Origin: an uncultured Ohtaekwangia sp.
GTDB taxonomy: Bacteria; Bacteroidota; Bacteroidia; Cytophagales; Cyclobacteriaceae
Reading direction: 5' to 3'
DNA length: 42,088 nucleotides
NCBI GenBank assembly: GCA_964571345.1
Contig: CAZNCO010000001.1
Span: 1-42,088 of the forward strand
Shown: positions 29,556 to 38,645 of the stretch, in pieces
Position numbering within the stretch: position 1 is the first letter of the stretch
Layout of the letters: every line of letters starts with the position of its first letter
Program-made: the position numbers and the translations under genes
The notes under the pieces: model-generated
The model's input: the letters and a program-made list of their open reading frames with translations, nothing else
Databases searched by the model: none
What the model was told of the DNA's origin: nothing

Positions 29556-29641
29556 ACTTTTAGAGAAGTTATTGAATTATTTTAAACAAAGGCCAAATAT
29601 ACACTACAGACTTTATAGATGACTACAGGGTTAGTTCATCC

Positions 29642-29983
29642 TCAAAAAATTCTCGGGATAAAAATAAGACCAGCAATACCCAATGAGATAATTGCGAGAA
29701 TCAAAACAGCTCCCGCGGCAAGATCTTTTATTTGCCCAATTTTTTCATTTTGCTGAGGATGAATAAAATCGGCAAGTTTTTCGATAGCTGTATTAAACGC
29801 TTCTGCTGAAAGAACCGTACCAATGCAGACTAAAATTACCAACCATTCATTCGATGAAATTTGAAAATACCATCCCGCAAGACTAATCAAGACAGCGCAC
29901 GCAAGTTGAATTTTGAAGTTACCTCCGCGCACCGCCAGAGCAATTCCACGAAAAGCATATTTCAAACTCCGAAGAAAGCGCAT
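29642..29983 (-). CDS. dgkA: DgkA-family diacylglycerol/undecaprenol kinase
   Basis: YAFRGI, EAFNTAIE and KDLAAGAV motifs; three TM helices. Confidence 0.9.
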   Translation of the reverse strand: MRFLRSLKYAFRGIALAVRGGNFKIQLACAVLISLAGWYFQISSNEWLVILVCIGTVLSAEAFNTAIEKLADFIHPQQNEKIGQIKDLAAGAVLILAIISLGIAGLIFIPRIF

Positions 29984-29985
29984 GA

Positions 29986-31110
29986 CTATTTTGGAAAGAG
30001 ACTCTTATCAATTTTTGGTAAAAGTGTGAGTGCGTTTTTGTAATAAATTTTCTTGAGCACTTCATCCGGCAAGCCAATGCCATACATCCGCCAGAATGCG
30101 TGGTACCGTTTATGATAAGGGAAATATTCATCTTCACTTTCAAGCACCCTGAAATACGTTACATATTCTTCGGGTACCCAGCTGTCTTTTCCAAACAAAA
30201 CACGATCCTGGTATTTTGTCAAGAAAGCTTTTGCCGCTCGTGGCTGGCGACCTAATTCTGCAATCACGGCACCAATCTCCGTATACATGTTTGGATATTG
30301 GTCCATTAATTCGCCCAGCTTTTTCAAATCGTTTCCATACCAACCCAGGTGTGCATTGATAAATTTTGTCTGAGGATGTTTTTTGAAAATATTGTGCTGC
30401 TCAGCAATAATTTTTTCCCAAGGTGCATACGTTTCATCATATCTGCGCCTGGGGTGAAGCTTGAGTTCCAGCCACCGCTCATTGTTTTTGTCGATCGGCT
30501 GCCAGAATTGTTTTGGATCGGCAGCATGAATCAATACAGGAATTCCTAATTCGCCACACTTAGCCCACACCGGATCAATGCGCGGATCGTCAACGGCAAT
30601 CCTGTTTCCATTTTTGTCTTTGTATTGCAGGCCCAGGCTCTTATAAATCTTGAGGCCCATTGCGCCAGCTTTCACATCTTCTTCCAATTGCTTCGCAGCA
30701 TTTGCAGACCAATTTGGATCATCAATGTTACTGAAGTCTACATTGGTGAAAAGAGTAAAGCGCTTAGGATAATTTTCGCTGATGCTCTTCAAGGAGCCGG
30801 TGAGCCTTTCATTGCTGAATGGAAACCCTTTGCCACTCAAATTATTCATCACGGCCATATTGAGTTGATCCATTTTCGAAACCAACTCTTTCAGTTCAGT
30901 GGCTCCCATCACGCCCTGATGATTGTGAATATCAATGAAAGGAAATTTGGCCTTCCTCAAAATATGCTCGTCTACCTTGAGTGATGAAGGCGGATCGTAT
31001 TCTTCAAAATCCATTTTCATTTCAAGCGGTTTTTCCTGTGCAAAGGAAAAGCTGCCGCTGAGAAGGAATAGTGCAGGCAATAAATATTTGGTCATGTTCG
31101 TTTTTGTCAT
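29986..31110 (-). CDS. Secreted amidohydrolase (Amidohydro_2-type metal TIM barrel)
   Basis: Signal peptide ending SFAQ; IDIHNH, GLKIYK, PVLIHAAD, NAHLG, FGKD and IYYKNA motifs. Start could be the second Met (31095). Confidence 0.85.
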   Translation of the reverse strand: MTKTNMTKYLLPALFLLSGSFSFAQEKPLEMKMDFEEYDPPSSLKVDEHILRKAKFPFIDIHNHQGVMGATELKELVSKMDQLNMAVMNNLSGKGFPFSNERLTGSLKSISENYPKRFTLFTNVDFSNIDDPNWSANAAKQLEEDVKAGAMGLKIYKSLGLQYKDKNGNRIAVDDPRIDPVWAKCGELGIPVLIHAADPKQFWQPIDKNNERWLELKLHPRRRYDETYAPWEKIIAEQHNIFKKHPQTKFINAHLGWYGNDLKKLGELMDQYPNMYTEIGAVIAELGRQPRAAKAFLTKYQDRVLFGKDSWVPEEYVTYFRVLESEDEYFPYHKRYHAFWRMYGIGLPDEVLKKIYYKNALTLLPKIDKSLFPK

Positions 31111-31240
31111 CGTTAGAGATTAAAGGAAAATTAACGATATGAGTAAAAATACGATTTAGAGGGCAGTTCGGTTAGAAAAAAATGTTAAGTGGCTGTTAAA
31201 CCCTGGCGCCAGTCGGGTTGTCTAAACGCAAAAATCGGGT

Positions 31241-31462
31241 ATGAAAAAAGTTGCGTCTCTTTCAATTTTTGTGATGATCATTATTCTGCTGTTGGTATGC
31301 AAAGAATTCGCTCATGCACAAACGGTGAAAGAGCCAGCGGGCACAGCTTTGAAAGTCAACTCTTGCCAAAAAGCTGTCACTTTCAAAAAACGATTTATGA
31401 GGAAATTGGCGCTGATACAAATTGCCAGTGCGCCTTACGGAAGACGAAGAACCTGGTATTAA
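31241..31462 (+). CDS. Small secreted basic hypothetical protein
   Basis: 73 aa; MKK-hydrophobic-AHA signal peptide; fills an otherwise empty gap and is followed by a strong terminator. Confidence 0.6.
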   Translation: MKKVASLSIFVMIIILLLVCKEFAHAQTVKEPAGTALKVNSCQKAVTFKKRFMRKLALIQIASAPYGRRRTWY

Positions 31463-31492
31463 AGATAGTTTGGTGTGAGGGGGTTTAAGTGT

Positions 31493-31523
31493 GTGCCACT
31501 GCTTGCCGGCAGTGGCACTTTTT
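31493..31523 (+). terminator. Rho-independent terminator
   Basis: Perfect 10-bp stem GTGCCACTGC-ttgccg-GCAGTGGCAC followed by TTTTT; lies between convergent genes. Confidence 0.85.
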
Positions 31524-32433
31524 ATTTTAGCGTTTCGGCAATTCCATCTTTGTAAGAAGTGGCCGTTTGATTGAATGCCTTTTCAAACTTTGAACTATCA
31601 AAAATGTAGTCCTGCTCATATTGATACATCATTTCTATGAACTCACGCAATACCGGAATGAAAAGTCCTACCAGCCGAACTCCAAATTTTGGTATAGCCT
31701 GAATTTTATAAGATCGGTTGCCTAATTCACAAGCCAGCCTGGCAAATTCTTCTGCCGTAATTTTTTCTTTACTGGTTAAAGCGTGCCATGTCTGATTGTA
31801 TGCCGTGGGCGTATTTCCCAACATTGCCACTGTCTTTCCGGCATCGGGGGTGTAAGTGAGTGAATGGATTCTCTTTGGGTTTCCAATCCACTGCGGAGTC
31901 TGCTTTGCCTTCACTTTTTCTGTGATCATTACATTGCCAATTCCCAGCGCAGCGCTCGGCCCATAGAAATCGGCAGCACGCACAATCATAGCGTTAAGAT
32001 TTTTTGCGTTCACTTCATCCAATAGCATGGTTGCTATTTTTGCCCGAACTTCTCCTTTCTTGCTAACCGGGTTGAAGGGTGTGTTCTCTGTCATCGTTCC
32101 GTGAACAAGTCCATAGGAGTATACGTTGTCAAAGAATACAAGCTTGCTATTATGCTTTTTGCAAGCATCCAGCACGTTGCGCATCACTTTAGGCCACTGG
32201 TCTTGCCAGATTTTGATGTTGTAAACCAAGCCCGCTAACAGGTAGACAACTTCACTTCCGGCAACGGCTTTTTCTACCTGAGCATAGTCAAGCAAGTCTG
32301 CCGAAAAAAGTTGGTCGGTATTGTTTACTTTTTTTGGATTGCGGCTTACCTGCCGAATATTTGTGGTATAAGAAATAAGGTTTTTAGATAGCTCACGGGC
32401 AATTACTCCGTTCGCTCCGAGGACAGTTTGCAT
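31522..32433 (-). CDS. NAD-dependent epimerase/dehydratase family (atypical SDR)
   Basis: VLGANGVIA Rossmann start; DNVYSYG, KKGEVRA, RAADFYGP and TYTPDAG motifs. Confidence 0.85.
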   Translation of the reverse strand: MQTVLGANGVIARELSKNLISYTTNIRQVSRNPKKVNNTDQLFSADLLDYAQVEKAVAGSEVVYLLAGLVYNIKIWQDQWPKVMRNVLDACKKHNSKLVFFDNVYSYGLVHGTMTENTPFNPVSKKGEVRAKIATMLLDEVNAKNLNAMIVRAADFYGPSAALGIGNVMITEKVKAKQTPQWIGNPKRIHSLTYTPDAGKTVAMLGNTPTAYNQTWHALTSKEKITAEEFARLACELGNRSYKIQAIPKFGVRLVGLFIPVLREFIEMMYQYEQDYIFDSSKFEKAFNQTATSYKDGIAETLK

Positions 32434-32475
32434 GGGTTTTATTTTGGGTGACGAAGAAAGAAAAGAATTATTGCT

Positions 32476-32880
32476 TTAAGAATGAAGGACTCCCTCCATG
32501 TCAATTTCTTTAATGTAAGTGAGATTGGCTTCACAAATAGAATCCGGTACGAACACGAAGCGCTTGTCATAAATCTGAGACCCAACATAATAACTCACCC
32601 AATATTCATTGTTGAGATGAAATACTTTTGGATCAATCGATTCAACCACGGCAAAGCCTTTGGCAGGAACAGTTTCCAAAAAGTGACGTAGGGTAGAAGT
32701 ACGCTGTGCCTCTCCATCTTTTTCACCATAGCCGCTGCTTGCGACTAAAGTATTTTCAATAGAGAATTCATTGTTGTTAATCAAATACACTTTCCATTCA
32801 TCCTGATTGAGAATATTCTTTTGACGCACAATACAAACCGTTACATTTTTCACTTCCGGTATTTCGATGTCTTTCTTCAT
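32476..32880 (-). CDS. Hypothetical protein, translationally coupled to lipB
   Basis: 134 aa, beta-rich (WKVYLIN, SSGYGE, TSTLRH, NNEYWVSY); ATGA overlap with the lipB stop. Confidence 0.75.
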   Translation of the reverse strand: MKKDIEIPEVKNVTVCIVRQKNILNQDEWKVYLINNNEFSIENTLVASSGYGEKDGEAQRTSTLRHFLETVPAKGFAVVESIDPKVFHLNNEYWVSYYVGSQIYDKRFVFVPDSICEANLTYIKEIDMEGVLHS

Positions 32881-33596
32881 ACAATTAACTCCATCTCAAA
32901 AAGAGATGCTAATTTATTTTTTAAAATATCCTTTACTTTCTCCATGTCAATTTTGTAGTTCAATTCTTTCTGCATGGACGTCACCTCCTTGTCAGTGATG
33001 CCGCAGGGTACAATGTAGTTGAAGTAGGATAAGTCGGTATTTACATTCAATGCCAGGCCGTGCATGGTTACCCAGCGGCTTGTTTTCACGCCCATGGCGC
33101 AAATCTTTCTTGCATTGATAGGGTCTTCGGAATTTACCCACACACCCGTAAGTCCTTGAATTCTCCCTCCTTTGATTCCAAATTCTTCAATGGTTTGTAT
33201 CACTGCTTCTTCCAGCAAGCGCATGTACTTATGAATATCCGTGAAGAAATTCTCCAGGTCAATTACCGGGTAGGCAACAATCTGGCCAGGTCCGTGATAA
33301 GTAATATCGCCTCCGCGGTTGATGTGATAATAGCTTGCGTGAATGGAAGCAAGGTCTTCTTTTTTAATCACAAGATTTTTTTCTTCCCCGCTTTTGCCCA
33401 GTGTAAACACATGAGGGTGCTCGCAAAACAAAAGATAATTATTGGTTAGCTGTTGTTCGCTGTCAGTAAGATTTCTGTTTACAGACTTTATCGCAAGAGT
33501 TTTGTTGAACAACTCAGTTTGATAATCCCAGGCTTTTTGATAGTCTATCAAGCCGAGATCAGCGTAGGAGGTTTGCTTGTGGAGATTTCTATTCAT
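32877..33596 (-). CDS. lipB: Lipoyl(octanoyl) transferase
   Basis: EHPHVFTLG, RGGDITYHGPGQ, RKICAMG, HGLALN and IVPCGI motifs. Start at 33596 or 33611. Confidence 0.96.
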   Translation of the reverse strand: MNRNLHKQTSYADLGLIDYQKAWDYQTELFNKTLAIKSVNRNLTDSEQQLTNNYLLFCEHPHVFTLGKSGEEKNLVIKKEDLASIHASYYHINRGGDITYHGPGQIVAYPVIDLENFFTDIHKYMRLLEEAVIQTIEEFGIKGGRIQGLTGVWVNSEDPINARKICAMGVKTSRWVTMHGLALNVNTDLSYFNYIVPCGITDKEVTSMQKELNYKIDMEKVKDILKNKLASLFEMELIV

Positions 33597-33640
33597 TGTG
33601 ACGTGCACCATTCATAAACTTGTTCTGCTTGTAAATGGTT

Positions 33641-34639
33641 TCACTTCAATTTCGCCATTTCTCCTTTTACAAAATCAACCGCCTCTTCCGAATCAGGATC
33701 AACGCCATTCTCTTTTGCTAGATAGTATGAAATCCAATCGGTCAAATGAATCAGGTAATAATACTGTTCGAGTAGCGAGGCTCCCTCCGCCACAATATCG
33801 ATAATCGGATTAGATCTCTTCTCAAAAATGTCACGACAGATTTCCATCCTCTTCTCCACGCGCTCATGATCGTGATCTGAATACAAGTAAACAACTTGCA
33901 GTTGTGGCAAAATATTTTCCGGAAAACGCCAGCCTTCAATCTCGTTGTAGTTCATTTCAGGGAACGTATTCACATGCGCTATTTGCTTGGCATTCTCATT
34001 GATCTGATTTTGAAAACGGATGGCCATCGCTTTCAATCTTTCATCACAATAAATCACAGGAAGTTTGCCGCGTAGTTTTTTTGCAATCAATTCTGCTTCC
34101 GACTGGATTGCTTTCTCCCCACGATCCAAATACTCAATTGCATTTTCGGTTTCCTTAATAAAAGCCGCACCGATTAGATTGGTATGATATAGAGCCGATA
34201 ACAATGAAACCAAAGTATAACCGAGCTGTGCACGCGGGCTGCTTGATCCCCCCGGCAGTTGGATGTAAAAGAGATTATATTCTTTCGCCATTTCCAGCAG
34301 CTTTCCCCCTGAGGTGATGCAAATGATATGCGCACGTTTCAACATTCCTTTATGCACGGAGGTCAGCGTCTCTTCCGTATCGCCACCGTATGAGCACGCA
34401 ATGAAAAGTGTGTGCGGACTCACAAACTGTGGGATGTTGTAACCCTTAGAAACAGTAATTGGAATGGGCACGCGACCAAACGTAAGCGACTCCACCAGGT
34501 TGGCACCAATACCTGAACCGCCCATGCCTGTGATGAGAATGTTGCGTATATCGCTGCCGGGGCGCACCAGATCAACTGCCTGCCCGACTTTTAAGGCATG
34601 TGCCAGCTGCTGTGTAAACCCCTCAATCAGTTTCTTCAT
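33641..34639 (-). CDS. Bifunctional phosphoglucose/phosphomannose isomerase-like (SIS-fold) protein
   Basis: GMGGSG, SYGGDTEET, ITSGG, PRAQLG, QINENAK, PEMNYNE and DWISYYLA motifs. TACCTTTG box at 34666-34659. Confidence 0.88.
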   Translation of the reverse strand: MKKLIEGFTQQLAHALKVGQAVDLVRPGSDIRNILITGMGGSGIGANLVESLTFGRVPIPITVSKGYNIPQFVSPHTLFIACSYGGDTEETLTSVHKGMLKRAHIICITSGGKLLEMAKEYNLFYIQLPGGSSSPRAQLGYTLVSLLSALYHTNLIGAAFIKETENAIEYLDRGEKAIQSEAELIAKKLRGKLPVIYCDERLKAMAIRFQNQINENAKQIAHVNTFPEMNYNEIEGWRFPENILPQLQVVYLYSDHDHERVEKRMEICRDIFEKRSNPIIDIVAEGASLLEQYYYLIHLTDWISYYLAKENGVDPDSEEAVDFVKGEMAKLK

Positions 34640-34677
34640 TCTTATTAACTTTAGTGATCAAAGGTAAAACAAAACAG

Positions 34678-35031
34678 GTGAGCGATAAAATAAAAAAAGG
34701 TAAGGAAGGTGAAGATCTGGCCGCAGACTATCTGAAGAAAAAAGGGTTTGAAATTATAGAGCGAAACTACCGGCACAAACGGCTAGAGATTGACTTGATA
34801 GTAAAGAAAAACAACTGGCTGATTTTTGTCGAGGTAAAAATGCGCAGCTCCGATGCATACGGATATCCCGAAAACTTTGTCGACTACAAGAAAGTTAAAA
34901 ATATTGTTACCGGGGCAGAAGAATATACTTATCAACAAAACTGGCAAGGCAATGTGCGCTTTGACATTGTCTCCATTCGAGAGATAAGAGGAGAGCGGGA
35001 GATTGTACACATTGAGGATGCATTTTATTAA
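34678..35031 (+). CDS. yraN: YraN family (UPF0102) endonuclease-like protein
   Basis: GKEGEDLA, ERNYR, EIDLI, FVEVK, RFDIV and HIEDAF motifs. GTG 34678 preferred over 34654. Confidence 0.92.
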   Translation: MSDKIKKGKEGEDLAADYLKKKGFEIIERNYRHKRLEIDLIVKKNNWLIFVEVKMRSSDAYGYPENFVDYKKVKNIVTGAEEYTYQQNWQGNVRFDIVSIREIRGEREIVHIEDAFY

Positions 35032-35039
35032 TTTCGAAT

Positions 35040-35651
35040 ATGGGAAAACGAGACAAAAAAGTAGATGCCTACATCGCTAAGTCGGCTGACTTTGCGCAAC
35101 CCATCCTTATCCACTTCCGTGAGCTGGTTCACAAAGCCTGTCCTGAAGTGGAAGAAGTGATCAAGTGGGGTTTCCCAAATTTTGATTACAAAGGCGTGCT
35201 TTGCAATATGGCTGCTTTCAAACAGCATTGCTCAATTGGTTTTTGGAATGCGGCAATGATGAATGATCCGAAAAAGATTTTACAGGTTGCCGAACGTGGT
35301 GGCATGGGAAACTTTGACCGCATTACATCATTGAAAGATCTGCCAGCTGATAAAATTCTGCTCGACTTCATCAAGCAAGCAGCTGAGCTTAACGACAATG
35401 GCGTGAAACGCAAAGTCACGGTTACACCAAAAGGTTCCAAGACCATTGAAACCCCTGAGTATTTCGCAAAAGCATTGAAGAAAAATAAAATCGCTGAGAA
35501 AGTATTTGAGGAGTTTGCCTACTCTCATCGCAAAGAATACATTCAATGGTTTGAAGAGGCGAAAACAGAGGAGACCCGCAACAAACGGATTGCGCAGGCG
35601 ATTGAATGGATTACCGAAGGCAAAGGAAGGAATTGGAAGTATCAAAAGTAG
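35040..35651 (+). CDS. YdeI/OmpD-associated family protein (DUF1801 N-terminus)
   Basis: VDAYI, EEVIKWGFP, AAFKQHC and SHRKEYIQW..EAKTEETRNKRI motifs. Confidence 0.88.
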   Translation: MGKRDKKVDAYIAKSADFAQPILIHFRELVHKACPEVEEVIKWGFPNFDYKGVLCNMAAFKQHCSIGFWNAAMMNDPKKILQVAERGGMGNFDRITSLKDLPADKILLDFIKQAAELNDNGVKRKVTVTPKGSKTIETPEYFAKALKKNKIAEKVFEEFAYSHRKEYIQWFEEAKTEETRNKRIAQAIEWITEGKGRNWKYQK

Positions 35652-35719
35652 TTGATATTTGTTTGTTATTAGTGAATGGATTTTCTAACAACTAATAACT
35701 AACATCTAACAACCAATTA
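35649..35719. repeat. Degenerate heptamer repeat with partial inverted symmetry
   Basis: CTAACAA CTAATAA CTAACAT CTAACAA CCAATTA (35685-35719). The left arm contains GTTATTAG, the reverse complement of CTAATAAC. Confidence 0.6.
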
Positions 35720-37027
35720 CTATTTTGCTTTCGCCAGATAATCCAGAGTCAGATTCAACAAAGCACTTACCCCGGTTTTGAAAGAATTTTCATCGATCAT
35801 GAAATCAACTGTATGATGCGTGGGCTTTCGCTGCAAATTCATTTCGGCAGGGTATGCGCCTAAAAAGAAAAAGAAGCCTGGCACCTTTTGTTGATAGAAA
35901 GAAAAATCCTCAGCCATTGTAGCAAGCGTAGTTTCAATCACTTTATCCTTCCCCGCTGCTTTCACCAAACTTGCAACAGATTTCTCCGTAAGCGCGACAT
36001 CATTGATAGTAGCAGGGTACATGATCTGAATTGAAACCTCTGCTTCGGCTCCGGAAGCCTCAGCGATCTTTGTTGCTGTTAGTTTTATTTTTTCGTGCAC
36101 TTTCCTTTGCATCTCAGGATCGAACGTGCGGATCGTTCCCTGCAGATACGCTTCATCGGCAATAATATTCCTGCGGACACCTGCGTGAAAACTTCCAACA
36201 GTAACTACCACAGGCGATTTTGTTAATTCACTTTGCCGGCTCACAATAGTTTGAAGACTATTTACAATCTGGCTTCCTACAACTACGGGATCAATTCCCT
36301 CCCACGGAGTTGCACCATGCGCGCCTTTCGCTTTCACTTTGATATCGAAACCATCGACTGCAGCCATCAGCGGACCCGATCTATAGTTCAAAGTTCCCGA
36401 TGGCATGAGAGATTGAATATGCAAACCAAAAATTGCTGATACTTTCGGGTTTTCCAGCACACCCTCTTTTACCATCAGCTCTGCTCCAGCAGGGCTTTCT
36501 GTTGCACTCACTCCTTCTTCAGCCGGTTGAAAAATGAATTTTATAGCGCCTTTCAAATCAGATTTATTTTCGCTGAGAATTTTTGCCACCGCCATTAGGA
36601 TAGACATGTGCGCATCATGACCGCACGCATGCATTACGCCTACTTCCTGGCCACTCATCGTAGCCTTCACTTTCGATGCAAATGGCAAAGAATTTTGTTC
36701 AACCAGAGGTAGTCCATCCATATCGGCACGCAACGCAACCACCGGGCCAGGCTTTGAACTATTTAATAGTCCAACTACGCCCGTCTTTGATACAGGATAC
36801 ATTACTTCCATTCCCAATGATTTAAGATACTCGGCAATGAAAGCTCCGGTTTGACTTTCGCGGTTGGAGAGTTCCGGATTCTGATGAAACTTTCTGCGCC
36901 ACTCGATCAATTGTGGCTCAATCTCTTTCACGGCCTTCTCAACTCTGCCTTGAATCTTAGAAATGTTTTGAGCTTGAGATGAAAGGGAGATTAGAATTAT
37001 AAAAAAGAAAATTAATTTTTTGCACAT
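35720..37027 (-). CDS. Secreted M20D amidohydrolase (aminoacylase / ILR1-like)
   Basis: Signal peptide from ATG 37027; HQNPELS, ALRADMDGLP, MHACGHDAH, FQPAEEG, AEDFSF and HH motifs. Confidence 0.9.
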   Translation of the reverse strand: MCKKLIFFFIILISLSSQAQNISKIQGRVEKAVKEIEPQLIEWRRKFHQNPELSNRESQTGAFIAEYLKSLGMEVMYPVSKTGVVGLLNSSKPGPVVALRADMDGLPLVEQNSLPFASKVKATMSGQEVGVMHACGHDAHMSILMAVAKILSENKSDLKGAIKFIFQPAEEGVSATESPAGAELMVKEGVLENPKVSAIFGLHIQSLMPSGTLNYRSGPLMAAVDGFDIKVKAKGAHGATPWEGIDPVVVGSQIVNSLQTIVSRQSELTKSPVVVTVGSFHAGVRRNIIADEAYLQGTIRTFDPEMQRKVHEKIKLTATKIAEASGAEAEVSIQIMYPATINDVALTEKSVASLVKAAGKDKVIETTLATMAEDFSFYQQKVPGFFFFLGAYPAEMNLQRKPTHHTVDFMIDENSFKTGVSALLNLTLDYLAKAK

Positions 37028-37064
37028 ACCTTTAAAGAAGATTTTCAATCGAAGATAAACCAAA

Positions 37065-37385
37065 ATGGATTGGATAAAAATATTTCAGAATACAGATGAA
37101 GCAATTTCTGTTTTGGCGGAAAACGTACCGAAATTGTTGATCATTCGCGGCAAGCGGATCTGCCTCGTCCGGACCGATGGAAAAATTCTGGCCGTTCAGG
37201 ATAAGTGCACGCACAATGGAGAATCTTTAAGTAAGGGAAGCATTAATTATCTGGGCGAGGTGATTTGCCCGTGGCACGGCTATCGATTCAATCTGAGAAC
37301 AGGACGAGAATGCCAACAGCGGAGCACCGACCTCGAATGTTTTCCGGTTAAAGAAAGTGAGGACGGAGTTTTTGTTGGTGTTTGA
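37065..37385 (+). CDS. Rieske [2Fe-2S] ferredoxin
   Basis: CTH and CPWHG Rieske ligand motifs. Confidence 0.92.
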   Translation: MDWIKIFQNTDEAISVLAENVPKLLIIRGKRICLVRTDGKILAVQDKCTHNGESLSKGSINYLGEVICPWHGYRFNLRTGRECQQRSTDLECFPVKESEDGVFVGV

Positions 37386-37464
37386 TTTGAATTTTTTCAG
37401 CTAAAGACGAAAGATAAAATCCGTCAATTCCACCGCTATCCAAAAAATAATTATCCAAAAAAAC

Positions 37465-38334
37465 CTAGGGCATCTCCTTCCCCATCGACCACTTCAGCAT
37501 TTCAAACCAGTCCTGTTTGTCGAGATTGAACTTGATAGCGTTGGCAGCTTCTGCTACTCGTTCAGGTTGCGTAGTGCCTATCACGGGGAAAATTTTAGAA
37601 GGATGTTTCAGCAACCATGCAATTGCCAGTTGGCTGTAAGTAGCATTGTATTTAGAAGCTTTGCTGAACATATCGCGCTCATCTACCATCAATTTACCGC
37701 CACCGAGTGGCGACCATGCCATGGCAGAAATTCCTTGTTCATACAGATAATCAAGACTGCCATCGAACAATGGCTGATAACACGATAGAGAAATTTCAAT
37801 CTGATTGCTAACTAGCGGAAACGACAAATACTTTTGTAGTAATCGAAATTGTGAAGTAGTGAAATTGGAAACTCCAAAATGAAGCACCTTGCCATCTTCC
37901 TTCAATTTTGAAAATGCCTCGGCTACTTCGAGTGGATTGAGCAATGGATCAGGGCGATGAATCAATAGCAAATCGATACGATCTGTGCTGAGCATCTTCA
38001 GCGAATTCTCTGCAGACCAAATAATGTGCTCCTTTGAGGTATCGTAATGCTTTACCCATGTCTGCGGGCGTTTGGCCGATTGAAACTTGATACCACATTT
38101 CGTTACAAGTTCCATTTTGTCGCGCAGCGAAGAATTGTTTTTGAATACATTTCCGAAAATTTCTTCGTTACTGTGATCGCCATAGATATCGGCATGATCA
38201 AAAGTGGTAATGCCACTGTCCAAAGCAGTGAGAGCCAACCTCTCCACCGCCTGCGTAGAAAGATTCCAGCGCCAGGCACCTGCAATAATGCGTGAAAAGG
38301 TTGGCCCTTGTGAGTGAATTTTGCTGCGTTCCAT
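37465..38334 (-). CDS. Aldo/keto reductase (YdhF-like)
   Basis: TTFDHADIYG, VTKCGI, LLIHRPD, GVSNF and AWSPLGGG motifs. ATG 38334 overlaps the upstream TGA (TGATG). Confidence 0.92.
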   Translation of the reverse strand: MERSKIHSQGPTFSRIIAGAWRWNLSTQAVERLALTALDSGITTFDHADIYGDHSNEEIFGNVFKNNSSLRDKMELVTKCGIKFQSAKRPQTWVKHYDTSKEHIIWSAENSLKMLSTDRIDLLLIHRPDPLLNPLEVAEAFSKLKEDGKVLHFGVSNFTTSQFRLLQKYLSFPLVSNQIEISLSCYQPLFDGSLDYLYEQGISAMAWSPLGGGKLMVDERDMFSKASKYNATYSQLAIAWLLKHPSKIFPVIGTTQPERVAEAANAIKFNLDKQDWFEMLKWSMGKEMP

Positions 38335-38645
38335 CAACTGTCTTTGTGTTGGAAGCATTTGCCATTTTTGCTCGCTGTCATTCTTTTGCAACGAGTGCCA
38401 TCTTTGGTTTTGCCTGTGCATTGAGACATTTTATCCTTGAGATGCTCATCCGGTTTACATACTCCGCAAGGACCTTTGCCTGCTTTTTTCGCAGCATCGA
38501 GTGTCATGCCATCGGCATCGCCAGAGAGTTTGCAGTCGGCTGTGTGATACTTCTCACCTTTTGCTGATGCATAAACAGTTTGTGCTTTTCCCTTGAAAGC
38601 AAACGCAACCATCAGCACGAAAAAGACAACGAAAATTTTTTTCAT
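38334..38645 (-). CDS. Small secreted Cys/His-rich protein (Ada-like metal-binding motif plus DUF5763-like motif)
   Basis: Signal peptide ending GKAQ; KYHTADC...PCGVCKP and QCTGKTKDGTRCKR...CFQH. Confidence 0.75.
   Translation of the reverse strand: MKKIFVVFFVLMVAFAFKGKAQTVYASAKGEKYHTADCKLSGDADGMTLDAAKKAGKGPCGVCKPDEHLKDKMSQCTGKTKDGTRCKRMTASKNGKCFQHKDS

Noticed and set aside
34678-35651. yraN plus ydeI as a nuclease/immunity or defence pair
   Set aside because: Both are widespread stand-alone families, and no defence-island or mobility context is present.
38335-38421. Longer start for the aldo/keto reductase
   Set aside because: Lies inside the upstream Cys-rich gene; the TGATG coupling at 38334 is more plausible.
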